DNA of 64,000 nucleotides. Source: Eledone cirrhosa (lineage: Eukaryota). The DNA lies in contig OZ024740.1 of assembly GCA_964016885.1 (NCBI GenBank), positions 280,302,001 to 280,366,000 on the forward strand. Reading direction: 5' to 3'. Positions 37,545-52,230 of the stretch are shown here, piece by piece. The notes beneath the pieces are model-generated. The model had not been told where the DNA came from. It worked only from the letters and a program-made list of their open reading frames with translations, and made no database searches. The position numbers were made by a program, and so were the translations under genes. Every line of letters begins with the position of its first letter. Positions within the stretch are counted from its first letter, which is position 1.

Positions 37545-40500
37545 TTATTAAAATAACAGATTAAAGTTTAAGCAAAGAATCGCTGCTTTCACCCTTAACG
37601 GGATCTTCTGAAACTAACAAAGTCAATCTGTGAACGCAGAAGTGAATATTTCAAAAAACGTTGCAACCGGAGGAAGACAGGAAGACGATACTTTGGTTCG
37701 TGGAAACGTTCCCTGGCAAAGAACGGGAAAAAACGAATATAATATTTGGAGCGGTGAAAAACAATTACACGCAAAGACAAAACCACGTTTATGGTATAAA
37801 AGAAGTCGTAGACTAAAATTCTAACTAGCTTCAGAGTTAAGAATAAAGTAAATAAAATACAGAGGTAATTGAAATTAAATAAATACATACACGCATCCAT
37901 ATACGTACATACACAAGCATACATAGGTATACAAATACACGCACATATAAATATGTGTGTGTGCGTGTATACAAATAATTAAATATGCGTATATAAATAA
38001 ATACGTATATAACAAGCGCACACACATACCTACATGTAAATACACAAATGTTCGGAGACGTACGTCAACCAAAACACGAAGTACACAGAAACACACACCC
38101 TACATACGTACGAACCCGCATACTCACACAGACGAAAAACTCACGTATACACATAACCAAAAGTATATGTACCAGAATATATAAAATATACGCCATAACA
38201 TATACAATCAGATATACGTAAGAGAAAGTATACGTACCTTCACAAAACATACAGGTAATATATACCTATGCAAATAAGTAATGGTATAAACATAACATAT
38301 ACTTAGCTACCACATCAAGACGTAAAATATCCACGTATAGATCGTACTATCCGTTAGGGTATAACGTGGGGCTGTAATACAGGAAAGTTTTGTGCAATTT
38401 ATATTTACAAGCCGAAATTGCCTCAGATTTTTTGTTTAAGATGTGGTCTGTGGCGTAGAGTATTTCCAGGGCCTCAGCGGCGCAGAGGTCACATGGTCTT
38501 TTATTTCCGTTATACGATCTAGCTCTAGCTAGGATCTCCCAGTGTAACTTATATTGGGTGTGGTTGTCTTTTAGACTCCAGATATAAGCTGAAAGTGACG
38601 TCATATTCTTTCTTAGAGGGTAACAAAAAGAATGGGTATGCATGTAAAGACGTTGCTTGAATCTATTGGCGGTTAACCCTATGTAGGCCCTACGGTACGT
38701 GGGTGTTTCAACCTTACATTTGTAGACAATGTTACTAGAGAGGCATTTCCCGGATAGGGGGCAATCAACTCGATTCCTACAATTACAGTTAGTACTAACT
38801 ACAGGGTTGCACGTGTTCCTACGGCTAGGTAGTTTAGCTAAATTTGAAGCTGTGATGTATGTGCAAGTCGTAGAGTAAGAAATTTTAATAGTATTTCTAT
38901 TAAAAATTTTACTATATTTATGTGTAGGGGGAAAATGCTTCGTAATAAGGGATAGAAAGATCTTAGCTAATGGTGTGGCCACCTCCATATTATATGGTGG
39001 GTTATACCATATAATGCGTCGGGATCTATTTCTTCTAGGTCTATTCTCGTACTCTGTAATATCTCTCGTACATTGTAATATGTGGAATGGTCGTTGAAAA
39101 TATGCTCGTTAGTAGATAGACGGGAAAGCCTCAAAGAAACGTTTCTTACCAGGTTCTTGGTTATGCTGGCAGGATGGTTAGAATGCTTACTTATGTAATT
39201 AAGCTTATTATTCGGCTTTCTATACGGGTAATACAAGCCATTCAATAAATTGAGGGTAACGCTGAGGTAATTAACGACCGAGAGGTTGGCCTCAACCTGT
39301 ATAGAGAGGTTGAAGCCTTTAAAGAAGGCTGTGAGTTCTTTTCTGAACCTGTCGCAAGCACGTGGGCCGCACTTAGTCATGGTTAAAAGACCATCATCAC
39401 CGTACAAACCACCGCCCACGTTGGGGAATTCGTCCTTGATAGAGAAAAGAAAAGGAAAAGGCAGATAAGATCAGTAACCTCCGCAGAATCGCTGGCGCCC
39501 ATACTCACGTCGAATGGGGTACTATTAGATTTTTTAATCCAAATAGAGTCGTCGAAATTAATCACCGACTTACGGGCATTGAGGATGACATCAAGTTCGA
39601 AATCCTTAACCACTGTGAGTGTTTTAGCGAAATTGATAGCTCTAAGGAGAAGTGGTAAAGTGATGGAGGAGTAGTAATTATTGATGTCGAATTGGATAAA
39701 ACGGCAATGTTCCTTGTTGCATATGCCGTTGAACCAATCAATGACCGCGAAAGAATTGTTCCACAGTGCAAGAGGGGCCAAACTTCTAATTTCAGGTATA
39801 ATTCTATCAAGAATCCTTATACTAAGTCTACCTAAATCGGACTTCGTAGGGTTAATAAGCCGAATAGAGGGGTTGTTCGGAAAATTGGATTTGTGATTCT
39901 TCAGGGTAAAGTGGGGAGAAATAGGGTCCAGAGGTTCGGTCCGGTCCAGGATGTTGAGATCAGAGGTGATTTTAAACTCAGCATCGTTGAATTCATTAAT
40001 GACGGACCGATTAGTTTTACGGTAATCCTTAGTTACAGCATTATGTAGTAGTTGATGGTAAGTACTGCGCTCCACTTGATATAGATTGCCAGTTTTGTCG
40101 GAATGGACGTGCACGGCATTAGAATCCTTAATAGAACGAATTCTATTCTTCATATCCTGCTGGAAGGAATTGCTCCTATTCCGAAATTTGATACTCCGTA
40201 TGAGTTCCAAGACATCATTTTCGAAGGGTAGAAATGCTGTGTTACACGCAGGGTTATTATAGGTTTTAAACCCAAATTTATCCTGTTTGTTGTCTGCTTT
40301 TCGCTGATTATCGAAATAAAAGGCACGCCAACGCAACCTTTTAATGAACGCGTCTGTTTTCTGTATCAGACGTTTTAGGTATGTTTTCCTGCTTTGTACG
40401 GGTATGTTCTTTGTAGAAATATTCAGGTGTTGTTTCTGCATGATGAATATAAGTCAATAGAGTGCTCAACCGAGGGAGCCAAATAGTAATGATAATAAAT

Positions 40501-41275
40501 TTGAAGACTAAAATCCAAAGAGGGCTCGATAAGGATAAATATATATCAAATATATAAGAACCGTAGAGCAAATATTTATTAAAATAACAGATTAAAGTTT
40601 AAGCAAAGAATCGCTGCTTTCACCCTTAACGGGATCTTCTGAAACTAACAAAGTCAATCTGTGAACGCAGAAGTGAATATTTCAAAAAACGTTGCAAACG
40701 GAGGAAGACAGGAAGACGATACTTTAGTTCGTGGAAACGTTCCCTGGCAAAGAACGGGAAAAAACGAATATAATACGTCATTATTTGGAGCGGTGAAAAA
40801 CAATTACACGCAAAGACAAAACCACGTTTATGGTATAAAAGAAGTCGTAGACTAATATTCTCTTATGTGGTTCATAGAGACGTTCTCTGGCAATGAACGG
40901 AAAAAACGAAGATAATACGTCATATGTGGAGCGTGGAGAACAAATACACGCAAAAAGTAACAGGAGGCCGGTTGGTGTAAAGCATTTCAATGACCGGGTT
41001 CCATATGAATCCGGTGATATCATCAGGTATTCGAAATATAACAAAGGAATATGTAAAAACCATGGGTCCGAAAAATCAGAGACAGAGAGGACGACTGACC
41101 AACTAGCTGCTTTCACCTCGGCCAGTCGCCCTCAAAGTGACGGCTACTCGTTCTGTTAATGGCCATCTGGTGAGGGGCGAAGGCTTATAATGTACTACCA
41201 CGTCTCCACAATATTACACCAAGATTGACCATACGGAATGACCAATTCTATCCAGTGGTGAACCAACAAACCTAA

Positions 41276-41280
<5 letters not shown>
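37540..41280 (-). mobile_element. Near full-length Penelope-like element (Naiad-like, inferred) with direct pLTRs (37540-37815, 40573-40855)
   Basis: ORF pieces 39383-40441, 38967-39419 (GLYGDDGL), 38347-38988 (CNCRNRVDCPLSGKC, IVYKC...YIGLT..FKQR) joined by two frameshifts. Confidence 0.93.
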
Positions 41281-41323
<43 letters not shown>

Positions 41324-41482
41324 CCAAAGATTACTATGGTTCGTTGATTACTCAATGAATACAATTTTACAATAGATTAAAAGCACTCAACATCACAAAT
41401 TTTTCCTGGAGTTTTTAATATTATTCAAAATATTAACAAATGAAGGATATTCACATAATCAAAATATATGCTTTATTATATA

Positions 41483-44400
41483 CTAACAGAGGAACCCGGC
41501 GTTGCCCGGTATTACTCTCAATGGAGTAGTCGTTCAAATGAACCGAAAGACTTCCGTTAAACACGAGTATAGAAGTAACAATTTATAGGTGTTGGCTCTA
41601 AAGATGGCGTTTGAACGTTCACTTTGAAATATCTCTGCGTCGGTGCTGCCAGCAAAGACGAATCCGATGGTAACAATTTAAAGTTGGTGGCCCTAAAGAG
41701 AGCCTTGGATCGTTCATTCTTAAAAGTTTCAGCGGCGGTGTTGCCAGCAAAGACGAATCCAGCGATAACAATTTATAGTTGGTGGCCCTGAAGAGGAACT
41801 TTTAACGTTCACTTTGAAATATCTTAGCGGCGGTGCTGCCAGCAAAGATGAATCCGATAGTAACAATTTAAACTTGGTGGCCCTGAAGAGGGCTTTGGAT
41901 CGTTCACTCTTAAAAGTCTCAGCGGCAGAGCTGTCAGCAAAGAGGACTCCGATTAGAGGTGGTGGCCCTTAAGAAGTCCTTCACACAATTTTGGTGTGTC
42001 GTATTTGCTTTGCTTGTTATTTGAGATTGTAATCTAGAAAAGCATGTAACAGTCGGTGGCCACAAAAACGGCCTTGGCAAGATCACGCTGGAATGTTAAA
42101 AAAATGTGTAAATAAGATGTAGGGAAAAGTAGATTAATTAGGTTAAAACTACGGAACATCGATAGCAAAGCGTAATAGCAACATATAAATGCGGAAAACG
42201 GAGACATTGAACATTTATAACGTATAGCAAAAGTAACCTCAGAGGCTTACGTGGTATTTTCAAAAGGACAAAAATAGCACACGGATACAAAAAACAAAAA
42301 CAAAAACAAAAACAAAAACAAAAACAAAAAAAAACAGCGATTACTTGTTGGCGGATGGGGTGCCTACAAAACTTCTTTATAGACTATATTTTGGGTTTTC
42401 TCGCGAGCTGCAAAAGCAAATAGGTTATGTCGGCTCCCCACTCGAGAGCAGACAACATATAGTTGACCATGGGAGAAGCACGGTTCTTCTAAATTAAGCC
42501 CTACGACCGTCAGCGTCTGACCCTGTGATTGGTTAATCGAGATGGCGAAACTGAGCCGGAGAGGGAATTTCAGCCTTCTGAATGTGAAAGAAACGTCTTT
42601 ACCAGATGGAATGAGAGGTATCCTTGGTATGAAGACAGTATCCCCCTTACCACATCCTGTAAGTATTGTTGCCTCAATAACATGAGGCATCGCCTTTTGG
42701 ATGACCAGACGCTTGCCGTTGGAAAGCTTTCGGGGTTTCAAATTTCTGAGGAGCATGACAGTGGCACCTTTCTTAAGTCGCAGTAAGTGTGGTGGCAATC
42801 CGGGAGGGTCTAGGGAATTAAGACATTCTGTGGGTTAATTAACAACTTCGTCCAGATCAGCCATAGAGTCAAGGGACTTGTAGACGTGCAGGTTTCCAGG
42901 CAAGCACAGCATGATCTGTTCATTGATGTTTCCAGCTATGTGGTTTTTCGAAGCCAATATTTCGCGTTCACACAACCAATCTTGATTAGGAAACAGACGT
43001 CCGTAACTCAGCAATTGACTTAACGCATCTGCAAATCCCTGTGAGGTCCGCTGTACCATCTCCGTCGAGTGGGATCTCCCAACAACAAAATGGCAGAAGC
43101 AAAACCCGCTGATGTCTCATCACCTTGCAGTTGTGCTCTCATGTTTGCAGTAAGCGTCAGGTTTCTTACATAACGCCAAAGTGGGGAGGCCTTAAGGCAT
43201 ACACCAACCTCATCATCCCGCGTACCTTTTGGGATTACAGGCAGAGTCTGTCGGAAGTCCCCAGATAACAGGAAAGTGACACCTCCCATTGGTACTTGAC
43301 AGTCCCTGATGTCTCTGAGTGACCGGTCTAATGCCTCGAAAGCCGCCCTGTGGGCCATTGTGAATTCGTTCCAAACAATTGTAGGCAGCGCTTTAACACC
43401 AGTGCTTTTCCGGAAGACTTGCTGATGTTGCACGTGGGTGTCTCAGATGATGCCACGTTGAGAGGAAGACTGAAGGCAGAATGGGCCGTCCTGCCACCAG
43501 GCAGCAAAGTTGCTGCAATGCCGGAAGAAGCCACGGCCAATGCGATCTTTCCGTGTTGCATCACTGCAGCGAGTAAAAGTTTGATTACAAATGTTTTTCC
43601 CGTGCCTTCAGGTGCGTCCAGGAAGAATATACCCCCTCCCCGATTACGGATGGAATCAACGACAATGTTGTAGGCTTGTTTTTGATCCATTAGAAGTTTT
43701 GGTTCATTTTCTTCAACATACCTTTTGAGTTTGTCCACATCATATTACGTTTCACGTATAATGTCGTTGGGAAGGTCAGATGGCGCATCTCGAAGTGTTT
43801 GCGGGAGCCCATATTTCTCCAAGACATCTCCGCTCATTGAAGCTACTCCCTCTTCAATATCGATCAGAGATATGTTATATATAGCGTCTGAAAAGCCAAC
43901 ATCTAAGTTTGGAGATTACAATTGAGCGAGACGCCTATATTCATCTGCCAAATCATATTTAAACTTTTGCCATAAAGAGTAAGGATCGCTCAATTCACAG
44001 ACGTGCAATAGGATAGCGAAAAGTGCTCTTAGACTATGGGATGATTGGGAGATGGCAGCTTCCGTCAAGGTTGCATCCCATTGTGCGTCATCTTCTAAAA
44101 GTCCACGCCTCAAGCAGGCTTCCCTGTACGTTCCGCAGGCGTATCCATCGACGGTTCTCAGATGAGTGAAGCTGGTCGGCCCTCTTACCTCATAAAGCAG
44201 AAGTCGCAGGTAGAAGCATTCGTGTTGGGTAGGGTGGACCGTATAAACTCGCCCAAGGCAATTGTCGAATTTGATGTCCAACCACCTCTTGCCCTACCTT
44301 CCTTCGTAGCCATTTTGTCCGATTCCATGTATAGTAAGACGGTATTTCAGAATACAGCAGAGTTCGAGCGAAGTCGTCGTGTTGACAAAGTTTGAAAAAA

Positions 44401-46750
44401 GCGGTGAGTGTAGTTTCCTTTGGTGAGATCGCTAGTTGAGCAGCTGTTGCATCGTTGAAATACACCCGTTGACCGTTTTCAGGGTGAACGGCAAGTTGTT
44501 TAATGACGGGGTGTCGTTGGTGCAGTGGGGAGCTAAAAACGCGCGAAAAGGCTTCATTGCTGCTAATGTATCGGCCTGCTTGGTAGTCAGATACCTCGTC
44601 TCTATTGTTTTCATGACGAAGATCAAAGACGGCAGCATCCAATCCCTTGTTTACGTACTTACAAACGTATTTAATTGATTTTACTGAGTTGCAAAATTCG
44701 ACGTTTATATGGGCGTTGAACGCTTTCAAAAGGAGGGGGAAATATGGCACTATCCAGCTGTTGACGATTTCGCGTTCACCAACTTTTGTTGTGAACCCAC
44801 TGTCTTCATGTCTCCTGCGCCTATACAACGGATATCCGTCACCGCCAGTCTGTGTTTCCTGTAAAAATGGCCTGGGATATCGTTTTGTACACTTTCCGTC
44901 GTGTATGCGCGGGGACTTCATATTGAGTCCATGTCCGCAAGGACCATGGACCATGTTTGATGTGACTATAGAGAAGAGGTCCTTGTCAATCGACGGCAGA
45001 AATGAATTGTCAAAGTTCGGCAGAAATGAATTTGTCGATGTAGTTTGAACTGATTTTTGTAACCAACCAAATCAAGATATGGGCATACGGCAGCCCTCGT
45101 TTCTGCCATTCAACCGTGTACATGTCGCACCTGACAGGCCCCCAAACCTGTCCTTTCTTTAATAAATCCATTAATTTGGATAATTTCAGGCGAAACACTC
45201 TTGCTATGAGATCGTGCCTGTGGAACAGTTCGTTTGTAATCTCCTTCCACTTGGGATTGCATGTAAACTTTATGAAAAGGTTGGGGCGCCCATAATGTCG
45301 TACGTAGGTCAATGCGTCCTGAGTCCTCTCGTGCATGTATCGAGGTCCCCCTGTGAACGTTGAAGGAAAAATACACACTTGCCCTAAATTGTCTGGGGAT
45401 ACGTCGTTGTTAATTCCATCGCGTAGATGAATGTAGCATTCAGATCGAAGTTTCTTTTGATTTAATTTAATGAACCCTAATCTCTCGGACTCCATTTTAA
45501 CGGCCATATCAACAGCAAATTGTTGGAAAAGGTCCCGAGAACGGTGTAGATGGTTGAATGAGTTGTCCCTTACCATAAATCGGAAAGCGTAGAAATCCAT
45601 GCACGTGACAGTTTTGCTAAGATGTGCCTCACCATTGCCTGCCGAATGTTGAGGAATGCCGAAATGGTATCCGTCCTCGCCGTTGACAAATAACAATGGA
45701 TACTGGAGTGCATCGTAGGACCTGTGTGTCTCATACGCTGTAATGTGCTGTCTCGGTGCTTTAGAATGTTATCTCTCTTGTGCTGTTCACCACAAATAAC
45801 CGCAGCAATCTCATTACATGTTGGTGCGTTGAACCGACCAGCGTGTTCTCCAGATGGCCTTCGGTCAGCATGTATGACCACACTAAAGTTTTGTCGGTGG
45901 CTGTTTCCAAAGCGTACTTGAAACTGCGAACATAGCTGTTTTTGTCATGAAACATTTCTTGAAGTTTTATTATGGTTCCAATGTTAGTTTCGGACGAAAT
46001 AGAGTTTCGCATCTCTGCCTGCCCCTGATAGTTTCCAACGAAATATAACTGAAGAAATTGAGGTTCCTTTTCTGCCAGAGGCTGAATAGACCCAATCAAG
46101 TGGTAGATCTGCCTCTGGACCTTGAAAGTTGGCATGAACCCACGTTCCGAGGCAAGCTTTTCTCCGAAGGATGTCATCTGAAACGCGGAATTGTAGCGGC
46201 GGATATTACGCAGAAACTTCGATGATTCCTCCGTCGTGTCTGTCAAAAGGAGTTGCAATGTCTCTGGAGGGTCATAATTAGGAGGTAGTCTAACTGTACC
46301 GTTTGAACAGCACATTTCATCTCTCTCCCCTGACCACTTTTTCGTACGACAAAACTGGCAAATAGAGGTCATTTCCCCAATTTGAATATCTGCATGGACG
46401 GCGTAGTTGGAGGAGGGGTCGTAGTTAAAGGCCTTCAACAGCCATCGTGAATTGCAAGTCCTAGGCCATAAGCAAAGAAAAGATTAATTTCGGTGAAGAT
46501 GGGAGGCAAACTGCAGGAATTATGGGGCCTTTATGCAGTAGTACTGCTGACTCCAAGCGAGAGGCTTAAGGGGGTTACCTGCCCTTGGGGAGCGTCACAA
46601 TCGATGTACAGAAAAATAAAATAACCTACGACACGTAATAGGACTTCAGAATCCTCTGTATGAAATTTGGTGCAAATCGGCTGTAAAATGTAGAAATGCA
46701 TGCGGTCACACAAACAGACAGACAGGCATCTTCTGTTTTATATATATAGA
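41483..46750 (-). mobile_element. Autonomous-type Helitron (Rep + PIF1 helicase), pseudogenised, both ends present
   Basis: A|TCtatatatataaaac start at 46750; ccgggcaacgccggg hairpin + TTAG|T end at 41483; FTCNPKW, EWQKRGLPYAHIL, KYVCKYVNKG, LDAPEGTGKT, GDFRQTLPV, SQGQT, HGQLYV. Confidence 0.95.
41575..41975. repeat. ~4.3 x ~95-bp tandem repeat in the Helitron 3' region
   Basis: taacaattta...tggccctgaagag...cgttcact...gcggtgctgccagcaaagacgaatcc repeated. Confidence 0.85.
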
Positions 46751-47111
46751 TATTTCAAAGGTACTGTGTTGTTTTTTCAGTACGTCTTCATCAAATATAT
46801 GATTTTATATATCACATACCGCTACGGTCTTGATTATATAATTCCAGTATCAATGTTTATATACCACAAATAATATGATAAACTTAAAGAAGAAAAGGAC
46901 ATAGAGAAAATTAGAGATATGAGGGAGGGTGTAAAGAAGAGGAAAGGCAAGAAAAAATAAATAAATACATACATAAATACATACATAAATAGATAAATGA
47001 ATAAAAAATAAAAGGATGAATGAGTAAAATAAATATATAAAAAAGAAAAGAATTGTATAATCAATGTCATATATAAAATCATATATAAAATCATATATAA
47101 AATCATATATT

Positions 47112-47166
47112 TTATCTGATGAAGACGTACTGAAAAAACACAGTACCTTTGAAATATATATAATAC
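47112..47166 (+). ncRNA. Hammerhead-like motif, partly degenerate
   Basis: TTAT CTGATGA AGAC GTACTG aaaaaaca CAGTAC CTTT GAAA TATATA TA ATAC; inverted copy split by the Helitron. Confidence 0.6.
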
Positions 47167-47359
47167 AGCATATATTTTGATTATGTGAATATCCTTCATT
47201 TGTTAATATTTTGAATATATATATATGAGAGAGAATAAATGCAAGTCGTACGCTAATACATTGTTTACTCGGAAAAACATTCTAGTATAGCGTAAAGTTC
47301 TATGCATATGAATATAGGACTTTGCCAATACAATCAGGTTACATTATTTTCACCGATAG

Positions 47360-47543
47360 GGTGGTGGATTGGCAGTATCGGTAGAGGGTCGGACGCCATG
47401 CTTTCCAGCATAGTTACGTCCCTTTACGATCTGAGTTCAAATCCCGCCGAGGTTGACTTTGCCTTTCATCCTTACGGGGTCGATAAAATAAAGTACCAGT
47501 AATGCACTGGGTAATTGCTGGCCTTGTGCCTAAAGTAGAAACA
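47360..47543 (+). mobile_element. Young full-length SINE with 17-bp TSD
   Basis: A box TGGCAGTATCGG, B box GAGTTCAAATCC; attattttcaccgatag at 47343-47359 and 47544-47560. Confidence 0.95.
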
Positions 47544-48727
47544 ATTATTTTCACCGATAGAATATATTTATATGTGGGTGTAATCTGAATGCTTTCTGAC
47601 GCAACTTGTTTTGCTGAAAACCGAACAGGAATTAATTATATTGCATTCATATCATTTCCCAATTCTAGATTTAATTTCTTCTTGCGTTTTTTCCTTGAAA
47701 GTCGACCATTTTAATACTATATTTTTTTTTATTAGTTTCGAGTGTCACTGAAATACATATTCATTCTTCAATCACCATTTCTTCATAGATGGAATAACTA
47801 TTTCAGTTTCTCCCCTCCCGTATACAATCCAAAGTACATTATATTTTGTTGTATTCAGTGTATATTAGGAGGAAAAAGCAGAAAAAAGAACTCCCCCAAT
47901 AAAAACAACAGCAAAACAACAAAAACAAAACAAAATAAAACAACAACAGCAGCAATAATTGTGAATGAATAATAGTATTTTCCTTTCCCTCGTGCATATC
48001 AAAAACTTGAAATATGACTGAAATACATATCTCTGTTGTATCCACCAACCCCATCTATTGATTTTGTGCCTTTTAGTTTTGTATGAATTTATTTTCATTT
48101 TTATTCGGCATTCAGTTCTTTTATTAACAAGTCAAGCTATATAATATTAACTGGTTTTATTTCAACTTTCGCATCAAATTTATTTCTTATGACTGCATTT
48201 ATTCGGTAGGTGAATTCTTTAATGAAAATCGTATTGTTATCCTCTGGTGGTTATATGAATTTATCTGGGCTGTTAAGTATTTTGAACAGTCACTTGAATC
48301 ACGCTGTATCATTTATTTCCTTAATTCCTTCGTGGTGTTCGTGTCTTCTAGCATATATATGGTGAGGTAGCTTATATGCATAATTAGCTTCTAATATATA
48401 GTTATACATTTTTTTAGTAAAGAATTTTGTGTGTGTAGATATTTAGATACTGACTAATCTTCTGGCAAAGAAGATATTTAGATGAATTGTTGAAGCTATT
48501 TCTGTATCTTAAGCCTTTTAGGTTTTCTAGCATTACTTTTCTCAATGTCTGATACGTATTTCAATATTTTATAAAGCATTATTATGTTTCACGTGCTTGT
48601 AATATTTTTCCGAATGGCTTCAATCTTTCAATTTATTTGGTAAGTTAATTTCATTAGAAATAAATATATAGAAATGAATATTGGTGAGAGAAAAAAAAAA
48701 TATTAGTCAATGAGAAATATTATTTAC

Positions 48728-48815
48728 CTCTCTTCAGCAAGTTCGAAAAACAAGTCTGGATATGTTTTAGTCTTATTCCGATTTCGCCAGCGAAGCATAT
48801 CATTCATAATACTTT
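48728..48815 (-). CDS. Candidate 88-nt coding exon (SIMNDMLRWRNRNKTKTYPDLFFELAEE)
   Basis: Acceptor tttactttatttcag, donor AG|gtaaat, open frame, non-repetitive context. Confidence 0.5.
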
Positions 48816-50157
48816 CTGAAATAAAGTAAAGTAATGCATCTCCATCGGTTTCAATCATAATCATTTAGTTGTTCGAACAACTGAACAATCTACTATTTGA
48901 ATTAGTACCCTTAACGTAACAATCAGGTAGTCAGCTTGACAGTGTGTGACAAGACCGGCCATTTTGAATTACATGTATAATCTGTCCTACGAGCTTCCAC
49001 ACAATTTCAATCTACTCAATTTCACTCACACGCTGGGATCGACCCAATGTTATGGAAAAAGACACTTGCACAAGATGCATTGCAGTGGATTCGAATTCGA
49101 AACCTCATGATTGCGAAGCAAACTTCATAACAATTCTACCACCCTGCACAATTTCTTCCAAAGTAGTGATAAAAAATCAAAACAATCAAAAAGTAAATGT
49201 TTAATTGTTGGCGTAGAAAAACAGGACTATTTGGAAATTAATTAATTTTGAGATACTATCTGCAGGAAAATCAACAGTCAAATTAATATTAAACACATTT
49301 AATGTCAGAAGCATTTTGAAAGTGAATGTTAATAGCAAAATTAAGATGGAATAAAAAACAACCTTATTTTAGTTAATTCCTTCTTAATTTTTGCCATTTA
49401 TGATAGCTATCAAATTAAAAAAATGTTTGTCTTATCTTATTTCGTTTTGTAGGAGGGTCATTGAGTCTTTCCCACTGATGTTAGCTCGACTTCCCACCAA
49501 TATTTGACCTATTTTACAGTTTTAGAAACTGTATTCATTGTTAATGCAATCATAGTGTTACGTCACTTCGTCCACCTTCTTGAAACGTTATTTTAATCAT
49601 TCTTAAAATTCATAGTGATAATATGAACACCCACCTCAACTTAACAATCTATGCTGTATATTGTCGCATATTTTATGTAACTCACGATCAGAATAGTATT
49701 AATATTATTTTCTTACTTAACGTAGGTAGTTTAGTAACACATGGTGGCAACTATATACTTCCACGTTCGGTTCTATTGCGTAACACCATAGATAACTGTT
49801 TTTTACTTTAGCTTTGGGTCGACCAAATCCTTGTGAGCGATATATACTAGTCGGAGACTGTGTAGAAGCCTATCTGAAGATAGAATTAGTCCACAGTCAG
49901 GTTTAAAACCATCACCTACACTTGAGTATCTTTAGCAAAGACCAGTCTGGTGCAAATATTCGGACCAGGTTCCCCGTTTCAGAATAACTTCTCCACCAGT
50001 TTAGAAGGCCCTGAAAAGGGCTATGAACGCTGACCCATCCTTTTTGTCTTAGCGACAAGCAAATGTGAATTTTTCCTTATATGGACGTGTAAGTTTTCAT
50101 ATTTTCTTTTGGGTTTTAATAGTTTGTCGTTGGAACAGCAATATAAGGGGAGCTTAC

Positions 50158-50196
50158 GGTGAAAGATGACGAGCAGATTGTGATCATTCAAATCAC
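50158..50196 (-). CDS. Candidate 39-nt exon (GDLNDHNLLVIFH)
   Basis: Acceptor tttctaatatag, donor C|gtaagc; phase 1-1, compatible with neighbouring candidates. Confidence 0.45.
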
Positions 50197-50286
50197 CTAT
50201 ATTAGAAATTATAATTACTGTTGAGATGGAATGCCAGACAAAGTAGAGTATTAGAAAAAAGAAAAGTTTTGGGAATATATATTTAC

Positions 50287-50298
50287 CCCTATTTAATG
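50287..50298 (-). CDS. Candidate 12-nt micro-exon (xLNRG)
   Basis: Acceptor ttttctcaccttgcag, donor GGG|gtaaat; phase 1-1. Confidence 0.4.
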
Positions 50299-50937
50299 CT
50301 GCAAGGTGAGAAAAACTGCTAAGTTGCCAAACTACCATTGATTTTCCTCCTCTCTGGGGTATTAAAAGATGTACCAATGTATATTCAATCGACTACACGC
50401 CTTACATAGGAACTTCTGGCCTGCTGCCATTTTTATAATTTGTTTTATTATATTCATTTAACTTTATTAAGTTATCCGCACTTGACAACACAAGTCTTTC
50501 TGTAAACGCCCTAAGAATATATGTATTCAACGAGCCAATGTGAGTTTTCAGGAAGACGCTCAGTCTGCTACAAATAACAACCGTATCTTCTTCAAATTAT
50601 CCCATACTCCTCCACCCCCAAAAGACTTATTCCACAAAGTAGTTCTTGATATACCAAGAGACGCGATAGTCATAACTGTAATGCTTTTGATCTATTTCTG
50701 CTTAATCAAGGCTAACTGGGAGATAAACTACAACATATGTTTTGAAGTTCACATATGCAAAGTTTACCAAGTAATCCGTTAGTGCATTTTAGTTAATTAT
50801 TTTAACTTCACTCAGAGATTCTGTGACCAAAGCCTCTTTGATCCCATGAACTTTATCGGTTTCGTATAAAAGTCATAAGATAAAGTTCTCCAATTGGTTA
50901 GAAGATTGACTGTTTATCAACTGAAAAAATTGCACCG

Positions 50938-52230
<1,293 letters not shown>

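Noticed and set aside
38347-40441. Selenocysteine-recoded PLE, reported for some Naiad elements
   Set aside because: Conserved Cys positions are ordinary Cys codons; the breaks are frameshifts, not in-frame TGA; no SECIS recognised.
42364-43738. Host PIF1 helicase gene
   Set aside because: Intronless, frameshifted, downstream of Rep and inside Helitron termini.
47360-47460. tRNA genes
   Set aside because: A and B boxes belong to SINE heads; no cloverleaf is evident.
50406-50430. Start exon MAAGQKFL with phase-1 donor T|gtaagg fitting the micro-exon
   Set aside because: It lies antisense within a degenerate SINE tail (~50335-50440), so it may be chance; not called without transcript data.
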